Assembly: GCA_963749155.1 (NCBI GenBank)
Contig: CAVVLO010000005.1
Span: 160,001-224,000 of the forward strand
Direction: 5' to 3'
Length of the DNA stretch: 64,000 nt
From: an uncultured Armatimonadia bacterium
GTDB taxonomy: Bacteria > Armatimonadota > Zipacnadia > CAVVLO01
Shown: positions 55,829 through 64,000 of the stretch, piece after piece
Layout: each line of letters opens with the position of its first letter
Position numbering within the stretch: the stretch's first letter is position 1
Notes under the pieces: model-generated
The model's input: the letters and a program-made list of their open reading frames with translations, nothing else
The model's database searches: none
What the model was told of the DNA's origin: nothing
Position numbers and translations under genes: made by a program

Positions 55829-58260
55829 TTAATCGAAGTAGATTTCGATCGGCGCTCCGGTAGCCGCGACCTCGCCTTTCACCTCGAAATCCGCGTAATG
55901 GCTTTCGGCCAGCACGTCCTCGATTGCAGGTACCTGCTTGCCGCCTGCCAGTACCTTGCGGAGTCGCTTGCCCGCCGGCAGCAACACGTGGAAGTCGGCA
56001 TCTTCAACGCCAGAGCCGCGCAGGACGAGAGTAAGGTGGTCTTCGGCCAAAGTCCAGTCATAGCCCAACCAGGCGCCTGACGGCCCGTAGGCGGCTGTGA
56101 TACTGGCCTGAGTGAGTCCGGTGATAGCCCAGCGAGGAGATATGCGCGCCTGCTGCCAGAGCTTGCCCCTGTCTTCGAGGCCGGCCAGGCCTTCCATCAA
56201 AGCCGAGATGAAAGCCGCTGCCGCCCAGCCCGATGGACCCCCGCCCTGATTGGCGCCGTCTGCTGTATAGAGGAAATATATGGAGCCATCCTGTTCGACC
56301 TGCTTCCTTGCGCGCTCGAGCAGATCCCAGCCATAGGCTTCCTCGCCGTACTGGAAGGCGCCCTTGGCCAGTTCTCCGCCAACGAAACCTGCCAGCCCGC
56401 CGTTTATATAGGTGCCGGCGGTCATCGTGTGGCCCCCCATAGGGAAGGCCTGATAGGGGGGATCGACGCTGTACCATTCCGAAAAGAGTGCCTCGCCGTG
56501 TTGCTTGCGTCTGTTTTGATACTCTGCCAGCACCTTCCGGCCTTCATCGAACTCCAGCACGTCCCGATTGAGCGCGTAAGCGTTGGAAAGTGACAGTCGC
56601 TGCTCTTCGGGCGTCTCGCCCGCGGGCAGTGGATTGCCGTCGAGATGCACCTGGTGAGTGAAGAAACTCCCGTTCCAGCAGGTCTGGAACAGGTTGCGCC
56701 GCAGGAGACTGGCTTTTTGGGCCCAATATGCGGCAGCTGTTTCATCGCCCAAGTAGTCCCAGAGGCGCTCTACCTGGTGGCAGGCCTGGATTAGCCCTGT
56801 ATTGTCCCCGTGCATAATCGCCATCGGGATGGGCGGTTCAATCCGCCGGTTGCTGTCAGATACTCCCCAGCTAAAGTCCCAGGTGTCTACCGTAAAGGTA
56901 CGTTTGAGCAGGCCGTGAGTGGGATCCCAACGCTTGGGGTCGCTCATACAATAGTCGAGGCCTCTTGCAAGAGGGGGCAGCACCCTGGCCAACCACTCGT
57001 CATCACCAGTCGCTTGCCAGGCCTGATAACAGCCCTCGACCATCAGATACTCGACATCGGCCTCCAGCTCCAGGCGCACGAGGGCCATCTTGTCCTCAGG
57101 ATAGAACTGCACACAATCGGGGTTTACGAAGGTCGTATGCGCATCATCGCTGGCCATAAATATCTCGTAGAAGAAGCCAGGCGCCGTTTGGCGCTCGCAA
57201 AGGAACTCCAGCGCGCTGGTCAGGTCTTTCTCCCAAAACTTGTAGCCTTTTAGCTCGTGGATATGGTCGCGTATCCAGGTCGGATTGGTTCTGACCGTTA
57301 CACCATCAAGGGTATGGGTGCTCGAATCGCCCCTCACCTGGGCTGTCATCCGGTTGAAAAAGGCTTCCAGCTCGGGTGATTCAGGCACCGAGAACTTCGT
57401 CTGGGCTATCACTTCGAACTCCTCCTCCAGTGCAAGCTTGCCGTTTACAAGCACCTGGACCTTCTGAAGACCAGGCGCGCCGGTCGGGGCAAGTGAAGTC
57501 GAGAACTGCCCATCGGTAGTGGTTTTGTATTCCGGCCCTGCCTTGCCTTTGGCATCAAGCAGGCGCACCGTGATTCGGGCTTTCTCCCTGAAAACAGGCG
57601 AAACCTCAAACCGTGCCGGGACGCCAGCCTCGGCGTAGCGAGGAAGAGCTGAAAGCTCGATAAAGCCCGCCTCTGTGACTGTTTCGGAACCAGACTTTGG
57701 GGGGGCTGTGCGCCAGCACTCGATGGGGCAGGCAAGCCCGAACTCGCACTCTGGCTTCGGGGCATCCTCAGCCAGAGGGGTCACCGTCAGGTTGCGCCAA
57801 AGCGCTCTGCCGTTTCCGATTCTGAGCCCCACCAGGCCCGCGCGCGGCTGAACATCGCGTGAATGCAGCACCTGGGCGCCGTCCAGCCAGAAGAAGACCT
57901 CGGAGCCCTGTACTACCAGGCGCAGCGAGAGCCAGGTGTCGGCAGCCGGCGGCGGGATGTTACGTCTTGCAGCGGTTGTCCAACCGCCAGGGGCTGCCTT
58001 GATGTGCGCAACTGTGCCTGAGCGCCTGTCCAGGTAGACCTGCTCGAACTCCTCGCCTACCCGGCGGAAGGTGATGCAGGCTTCTTCATTCTCATAACCT
58101 GCCGGCAGCAGCACCTCGGCCTTCAGCTCGAAATCCTGCACCTGGCCTGGCGCATCAAAGGTATACTGACTGCTCGGAGACAGCTCTATGTCGATGCCAG
58201 GCAAGGGAAAGCGAGCAACCCAAGCAATACCAGCAGGAAGGACCTAGTCCGGCCTGACAT
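55829..58260 (-). CDS. Secreted putative glycosidase: DUF1080-like beta-sandwich plus (alpha/alpha)6-like domain; signal peptide separated by a 1-nt deletion at ~58197
   Basis: ATG 58260 (after GAGG) gives MSGRTRSFLLVLLGLLAFPCLA; the body continues in another frame as IDIELSP. Motifs WIRDHIH, ELEADVEYL, WQATGDDEWL, FTVDTWDF, GTYINGG. Confidence 0.65.
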
Positions 58261-61200
58261 AATCAACCTCGACCACATCGCCCACCTGACCGGGTGGATC
58301 CAGCCTGAGCCTGGTAATAAGGCCCTTCCAGTTGGGGTTCGTCCCGGCAGGGAAGACTAACTCCTGCCACTCGCCGGGGTTTGTGTACTCGACGGTAAGG
58401 CTCATACCGGCTGCGAATCCCGCCGTGTCGGTGGTGAAATACAAGTCAATCGGTCCGGCTGTGGGAGCTTTCACCCTGACTTTGACAAGCTGCTTGCTCG
58501 AAGCCTCGAAACTGGTCTCAGGCCCGACAAGGTAAGGATCGTCGCCAGTGATGCGGAACTGGGCTGCTCCCACAGCCATCCCGACGAACTCTACCCCGTT
58601 GGCCGGCGTCCAGCCTGACGCATCCACAGCGAATTCCCAACTGGTCGCAGGGGGGGGCGGTGTCGCAAAGCCAGCCCCCTGGATTTCAAGGTTCACCACT
58701 TCAGCCGGCTGCATCAACCTGATCTCGGCCATCGCATAAGCGGGCTGGTAAGTCCAGGCCGAGCCCTGGCTGCTAGCCAGATCGTCCGCGTAGGGGAGAG
58801 CCTTGCCTTCCACCAGCACCGCGGTTGGCCGGCGCGTATCGGACAGGACAAGGTGATTCTCATACCCCTCGGTATAAGCCACCTGGCAGGTAAGCTTGCC
58901 TTCCACCAGGTCAGCTTGAGATAACTCGGCCGCGCCGTTCAACCTCAGCTTGCCGCCGGCTCCCTCAACTACCCTGGTCTTCAAGTCACTCGTATTGCCC
59001 AGCAGCGCCGCTACGTTGTCAATTATCCGCTGAGGCGAGAGCATAAGCCCCCAGGAGATAGCCTTGTCGAGCATCCCCCAACTGTCGGGATAACACCCAT
59101 AGTAGTCGGGCTCCAGCCGCTGCTGTCGGATGCCGCTTCTCACGATACCAGCCGCGATATGGCGCCAGTCGAGGCTGGTATCGTATTCTGCCAGGTCCAG
59201 CAAGGCCAGCGAATACTCAAGCCCGCACCACTGCACCAGCCGCCCATACCAGGAGCCAACCCAGAAGGTCGCGCCGAAGATTGGTATGGTGCCGTAGAGC
59301 ATCGGTTCGAGCCCCTCTTCTTGCTGCTCCCAGACATAGACGAAAGGCAGGCCAGTCCGCGCCCAGTAGACCGACTTCTCCAGATATTCCTGCTTGCCGG
59401 TCGTTTTGTAGGCTTCCAGATAGGCTGCGCAAGCCTGGGCCGAAGCGAGGATATCTGGGGCGTGGACGGGTATCTCCCAGACCTGCGAGGCGGCAGGCAC
59501 GGAGAAACGCTCCATATACCTGAAGGTCTTCTCGCCGGCCTCGATCAGTTTCTCATCGCCCGTTATGCGCGCGGCCCGCCAGATAATCCACGAGTTGCGC
59601 GCGGTGAATCCGAGGCCCTCATCGCCCTTGTTGCCAAGTGCCGCGGTGTCCTCGTTGGGGCTGAAGGTCCAGCCGCCCTCTTCGTTCATCCCGCGCGAGG
59701 CGCCAAGCGCCCCATCGCGCAGGTTGCGCAGCTCCTGAGCCAGGCTTGGGCCAATCCGCGCTGCCAGTTCCGCGTTGCGGCCACTCCCAAGTTCGGTCAG
59801 TGCCTTGCGGGTGTATTCGCCTTGTTTACCAAGTAACTCATCAGCCTGCACATAGCAGAGCGCGATACCGGGATTCTTGCTCGGCTCCCACGGCAGCACA
59901 CCGCGCCACCCTTTGCCTGGCACCTTGAGCAAGGTCTCAAAAGATTTAATGCTGACCTCGAGCGTCTCGGTGTAGCTGCGCGGCAGTTCGGGCAAGGCCG
60001 GCGCCCCGTACCAGTTGTACCAGTCAGCCGCCACCTGGGTGATTTCACTATCCGCCCGGGCAAAGAGCCTGATAGCCACTGCAAGAGGCCTGTCCGCCTG
60101 CGTAATATAGGGCTTGAAGGCCAGCGGCTGATTTTCTTCCACATAATCGGGTATGCCAGGCGCCCAGACCTGCATCAGCGTGTTCTGCTGCCCCAGCAAG
60201 AAGTTTGGCGCCGCAAAAGTACTCGAGAGCCGGTTGCGGATACGATCCCACTTGGCGTTTGGATCCCACATCAGCCCGGCGACCAGCCCATCGCTGCTGG
60301 CCGCAGCCATCAGGGGCATCGTCACCCGGTTAGGGTGGGGGGTAATCAGTTCGTTGACTGGCGGGGCCGCATCAAGCAGGTTGAGTGAATTATCGCCAGG
60401 CCCAAGGTACTCAAGCCCCGCGAACCAGGCGTTGGCGTAGTCGGCGCCCCAGGCGCCCTCGCCCGCCAGGAAAGGCCCAGGCCCAAACTTGCCGACAGGC
60501 GCCACTGGCAGGCCAGCCAGGGTAGCCGTGTAGTCGAGATAGGGTTTACCGGCGGTTGCCCTGATGAACAACTTGGCTGTGTAGTTATTGCCCTCGAAGT
60601 CAAACTTGTAACTGGCCGAAAGCAGCGCCTGCCCTTCACTTTCGGTAAAAGTGAAAGAACCAAAGGCTGGATTCACCGAGGTGCGTTCAAAGCCGCCTTT
60701 CTCGGCGGGCAGCCACAACTCAATAGGCCAGGGCAGCGTGCCAACGGTGCTCCACCCAGCGCCTTTCCGCGCGCGCAGCTCAAAGGGATAGACGCCACGC
60801 GGGCCATTGTCAGCCGCCACGAGGCAGACCAACTCGTTCCCAATTGCCAGACCGCCGTCAAGTTTTTTACAGAAAGGCCTGGTCTCGGCGCCGACTTCGG
60901 GCAGCGCTTTGCTGGCAAGCAGTTGCAAGGCACAGCTCGAGCCGGCCCCTCCCTCCGCCGTTGCCTTCAGCGTAGCGTTTATCGCGGCAGGGGTAGAGAG
61001 CGTAACGCGCAGGGGCACCAGGCGTTCCTCTCCCGCTGTGAGTCCTGGTATCTCCGCTGTGGCAAGCACGGCGCCCTTCGCATCGGTCAGTGCCAGCTTA
61101 ACTTCGCGCACGGGTTGCTCGGAAGGATTAAGCAGCTTCGCGCTGAGAGTGAAGGGCTCTCCCACGGTAGCGACAGCCCGGCCAAGGGTCACCTCCGAGA

Positions 61201-62140
61201 GTTCAACTCGAGGCTCATCGAGAGCGGTCTTGCCCAGAGCGAAAAGCTCCAGCTCGAGGGGCCAGGCGCCGCTAGTGTTGGAATAAACGTCGAACTGGAG
61301 CCGGCGCAGGCTCCCCTCCCAGCCGCGCTGCCTGGACAGGTCGACCACATAAGTGTGCGGTCCCGGGTCGCGATTTGCCGGGATATACAAGGCCGCCTGG
61401 CTGTTCATCCCCGGCTTGTCAGCCGTCTTGTAACTCAGCACAAAAGCCCGCGCGCTTGGCGCTGCGCAGCGGAAGGTCAGAATCGGATGCTCTGCCAGGT
61501 CCAGTTCCATCATCGGCCCGAGCAGCGAGGCCACCGAGCCTTTGCAGGTCAGCTTCAGCTTGCCGTCTGCGGTTGCAAAGGTCTCAATCCCCGAGGTGGG
61601 TATGAATCCAGGCGCGCCACTTTCAAAAGCGATTCTGCCGCCTTTGAAATCGCTCTTCTGCACGGGGTACTGCAGCAGTCGGATGCTCTCAATACGGAAA
61701 GTTGCCTGCTCCAGCAGGTCCAGCCGGAGGCGCGTAATGGTGCCTGACCAGCCTGGGAATATGCGATATACCTGCTCAGTGCCGTCTCCGGTGACCTGGA
61801 AGCGCATCTCATAATTCGGCCGGAAGCCGAGGTCGGCACCATCGGCGAAATTATTCCAGAAAAATTCCGCGAAGCCCGATTTGTCCGAGGCCAGCGTGAT
61901 CTCGATGACCTGAAAATCGTTGCCTTCGATACGGAAGGCAGGCTCGGGCAAGGTGATGTAGGGGTCGCCGCCAGTTGCCTTGGCGAGGAGCTTGCCGTCC
62001 TGGACTGTAAGTGGCGCTACCGAGTGGTCACTATGCCACCCTTGGGCATCAGTCTTGAAATCCCAGGTCTGGATGACAGTCTGCCCGCAGGCAAGACCAG
62101 CTATCAGGCTTATCAGAAGCAGCAGAATACTCCAGCGCAT
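58244..62140 (-). CDS. Large secreted multidomain protein (1298 aa): repeated CBM-like modules around a helical catalytic-like core
   Basis: Signal peptide. Modules WDF..GW..GDPYI..ITRLRLD (N-terminal) and WEF..GW..DDPYL..ITRLRLD (C-terminal), plus a degenerate second copy. Core has RITGDEKL, QVWEIPVHAPDIL, YKTTGKQEYL. Confidence 0.7.
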   Translation of the reverse strand: MRWSILLLLISLIAGLACGQTVIQTWDFKTDAQGWHSDHSVAPLTVQDGKLLAKATGGDPYITLPEPAFRIEGNDFQVIEITLASDKSGFAEFFWNNFADGADLGFRPNYEMRFQVTGDGTEQVYRIFPGWSGTITRLRLDLLEQATFRIESIRLLQYPVQKSDFKGGRIAFESGAPGFIPTSGIETFATADGKLKLTCKGSVASLLGPMMELDLAEHPILTFRCAAPSARAFVLSYKTADKPGMNSQAALYIPANRDPGPHTYVVDLSRQRGWEGSLRRLQFDVYSNTSGAWPLELELFALGKTALDEPRVELSEVTLGRAVATVGEPFTLSAKLLNPSEQPVREVKLALTDAKGAVLATAEIPGLTAGEERLVPLRVTLSTPAAINATLKATAEGGAGSSCALQLLASKALPEVGAETRPFCKKLDGGLAIGNELVCLVAADNGPRGVYPFELRARKGAGWSTVGTLPWPIELWLPAEKGGFERTSVNPAFGSFTFTESEGQALLSASYKFDFEGNNYTAKLFIRATAGKPYLDYTATLAGLPVAPVGKFGPGPFLAGEGAWGADYANAWFAGLEYLGPGDNSLNLLDAAPPVNELITPHPNRVTMPLMAAASSDGLVAGLMWDPNAKWDRIRNRLSSTFAAPNFLLGQQNTLMQVWAPGIPDYVEENQPLAFKPYITQADRPLAVAIRLFARADSEITQVAADWYNWYGAPALPELPRSYTETLEVSIKSFETLLKVPGKGWRGVLPWEPSKNPGIALCYVQADELLGKQGEYTRKALTELGSGRNAELAARIGPSLAQELRNLRDGALGASRGMNEEGGWTFSPNEDTAALGNKGDEGLGFTARNSWIIWRAARITGDEKLIEAGEKTFRYMERFSVPAASQVWEIPVHAPDILASAQACAAYLEAYKTTGKQEYLEKSVYWARTGLPFVYVWEQQEEGLEPMLYGTIPIFGATFWVGSWYGRLVQWCGLEYSLALLDLAEYDTSLDWRHIAAGIVRSGIRQQRLEPDYYGCYPDSWGMLDKAISWGLMLSPQRIIDNVAALLGNTSDLKTRVVEGAGGKLRLNGAAELSQADLVEGKLTCQVAYTEGYENHLVLSDTRRPTAVLVEGKALPYADDLASSQGSAWTYQPAYAMAEIRLMQPAEVVNLEIQGAGFATPPPPATSWEFAVDASGWTPANGVEFVGMAVGAAQFRITGDDPYLVGPETSFEASSKQLVKVRVKAPTAGPIDLYFTTDTAGFAAGMSLTVEYTNPGEWQELVFPAGTNPNWKGLITRLRLDPPGQVGDVVEVDYVRPD

Positions 62141-62199
62141 CTCTCATCACCCCTTGTAAGGTTGCCCGGACCTTCGGGGAGAGCGCCGCTTCTCCTGCT

Positions 62200-64000
62200 C
62201 TACTGGGGGACAGGCCCTTGCCAGAGATAAGCCTGCCCGCGATACGAAAAGGCAAGCAGGAGTTGCTTGCCATCGGGGCTGATGGCGTAATCCTGCACCT
62301 GGTCAAAGGGGCCATAGCGCTGCCCTGCGAGCCAGAAGTAGCCAATCCTCTCGCCTGCCTCGTTGAGGCTGGTTGGGAAGCCGCCTGCCTTGGCCAGCCG
62401 CTTGTACTGGCGTAGCGAGTAAGTTTGCCCGTCAACCCACACGTTGGTTGGGTCGCCGCCCTCTGGGCGCAAGTGGCCAGGCATCGCAGGTGGACGCCCT
62501 TCCTCTCGCTGGTGCCGAAGGGTTGCGCTCTCATGCGCATAGCAGATGGTGAGCGGACCGGAGTGCGACTCTTCCCGCACGAAGTTTACCCAGCCGAAGA
62601 GGCCGACAGGTTTCCCGTCTACCAGGACTTGCTGGCCTTTGGGTGTCGTAATGATCCACCCGGGCGTCAAATTTAACACGCCCTCCGCTCCTCTCACCGG
62701 CTTGTAGTTGGTTAGCTCCTCCAACGTTCCTAAGGAATTGAGTCCGCTTGCCGGTGAGCCCTTCAGTATTACTCGCCCATCAAGGCAGAAGCTGGGCGGG
62801 GTGTCCTGGGCCTGCCCCGCTGGAATCGCCCAATAACACACCTGCCCTGTCTTGCCCACCTCCCCAAGCCATCTGACGTCCTCATAAGGGCCGTAGCGTC
62901 TATCGCCGGCGCGCACCCATTCCTGGCCCCCCTGCTCGTGATTCTCGACCCAGGCGGGTTGGCCGGTTGACAGGAAGGGGTTGTAGACGAAGGGCCCCGA
63001 AGCCACGGAGCCTTGCCCGATGAGCTGCCCGTCCACGTAGAACTCGTTCGGTTTTTTGTCCTTCTTGTAAGCGAAGAACCCCAGATGGCCGCTACCTGGC
63101 CTCTCGCCGACACTTGAAACGCCGTGGAAGGGGCCCAGCCACTTCCCATCGAACCACACCTTTGCGCTGTCCTTGCTTTCGAAAACTAGCGCCAGATGCT
63201 TGCCGTCATCGGAAAGCGTCGGCTCGCCAATTTCGTCAAAACGCTGCACTTTACGCCCCTGGTCTACCAGCCAGACGGGGCCGTCTTCCCGCTCGCGCAC
63301 CATATAGACCAGGCGCGGGGTACCGGTGAGGCTTGCGGTCGGGCCGGATAACTCTACGAAGGGGCCCTGGGTAGTTGTGCCATCCCAGAGGTAGTAGGCC
63401 TTCCGGCCGACCTGGTAGCGCGCCAGTGGCCTGTTGCGCGCCCTGTCCCAGCAGGCCCAGACCTGGAAGGTGTCGAGGAGAGGAGTATGCTCATCCTGAT
63501 AATTCAGTACGCAGTAGGCGCCACTTAGCGGCACCTGACACAGGGCGCGCTGACCGTCGGGGCTCGCAACATAGGGGCTTGCAGGCTGACCTCGCTTCAA
63601 CTCGGGTATGTAGTAATTATGCAGCAGCTGGCCGTCGAGCCAGACGTTGGTGGCACCGACCCAGAGCGATCCTCGCCAGAGCTGGCCCCACTTGAGATAT
63701 GGCCCTTGCGTGTCCAAATCGCCCTGACCATACTCGTGCCCCTCAAGTGGCCCCTGCAGCTTGCCATCGGTGAGCCATACTTCTCGCCCATCGGGCAGCA
63801 ACCGGGTCGCCACCGAGTGCTTCCCGTCGGGGGTGTAAAGGGTCAGTGCCTCGCCGCCCGGATAGGGCCCGCAGAGTTGCCCGGCCTTGGGGATGACCTG
63901 CTCCAAAGTTGAGTGAGCCTGCCTGGCTGCCAGCCAGCGCTGCTCAAGCGAGAGCCACCGGGAGGGCCAGGCCTCTCGGACAGTGCTCCAGAAGCTGCCG
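62200..64000 (-). CDS. Hypothetical beta-propeller (WD40/TolB-like repeat) protein; 5' end outside window
   Basis: Recurring SPDG/SDDG turns and DG..GPF/GPY units; frame open to the window end. Confidence 0.6.
   Translation of the reverse strand, partial: GSFWSTVREAWPSRWLSLEQRWLAARQAHSTLEQVIPKAGQLCGPYPGGEALTLYTPDGKHSVATRLLPDGREVWLTDGKLQGPLEGHEYGQGDLDTQGPYLKWGQLWRGSLWVGATNVWLDGQLLHNYYIPELKRGQPASPYVASPDGQRALCQVPLSGAYCVLNYQDEHTPLLDTFQVWACWDRARNRPLARYQVGRKAYYLWDGTTTQGPFVELSGPTASLTGTPRLVYMVREREDGPVWLVDQGRKVQRFDEIGEPTLSDDGKHLALVFESKDSAKVWFDGKWLGPFHGVSSVGERPGSGHLGFFAYKKDKKPNEFYVDGQLIGQGSVASGPFVYNPFLSTGQPAWVENHEQGGQEWVRAGDRRYGPYEDVRWLGEVGKTGQVCYWAIPAGQAQDTPPSFCLDGRVILKGSPASGLNSLGTLEELTNYKPVRGAEGVLNLTPGWIITTPKGQQVLVDGKPVGLFGWVNFVREESHSGPLTICYAHESATLRHQREEGRPPAMPGHLRPEGGDPTNVWVDGQTYSLRQYKRLAKAGGFPTSLNEAGERIGYFWLAGQRYGPFDQVQDYAISPDGKQLLLAFSYRGQAYLWQGPVPQ

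Noticed and set aside
1..64000. Prophage, IS element, integron or anti-phage defence system
   Set aside because: No integrase, transposase, phage structural, restriction-modification or toxin-antitoxin motifs recognised, and no clear compositional island.

Overview
GC-rich bacterial chromosomal segment, most likely from an uncultured, polysaccharide-degrading lineage. Armatimonadota-like is inferred from the GxGYxYP, DUF4091 and copper-amine-oxidase-N/stalk proteins and the large secreted glycosidase-like proteins; it is not proven. Housekeeping blocks: tsaE-tsaB-rimI-tsaD; rpsO-pnp-dapB-asd-dapA-udg; ffh-rpsP-khpA-rimM-trmD-rplS-lepB-rnhB; coaX-dusB; feoABC. Between them lie a glycogen operon with an embedded two-component system (galT-like, PocR/GAF kinase, response regulator, glgA, GH15, 2x MFS), two ECF sigma/anti-sigma modules, and several uncharacterised secreted carbohydrate-active proteins. 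An unusual operon at 37072-43789 pairs an unknown protein and an acyl-ACP-reductase-like protein (resembling the PigE N-terminal domain) with an M20 deacylase, a class III aminotransferase, a repeat protein with an apparent CTG start, an FAH-family hydrolase and a receiver protein. A consensus sigma70 promoter precedes a ~120-nt highly structured untranslated RNA directly upstream of ffh. No rRNA, tRNA, CRISPR array, transposase or prophage is evident. About a dozen single-base frameshifts break otherwise intact genes, most likely long-read assembly errors. All product calls come from motif recognition by eye, not database searches.
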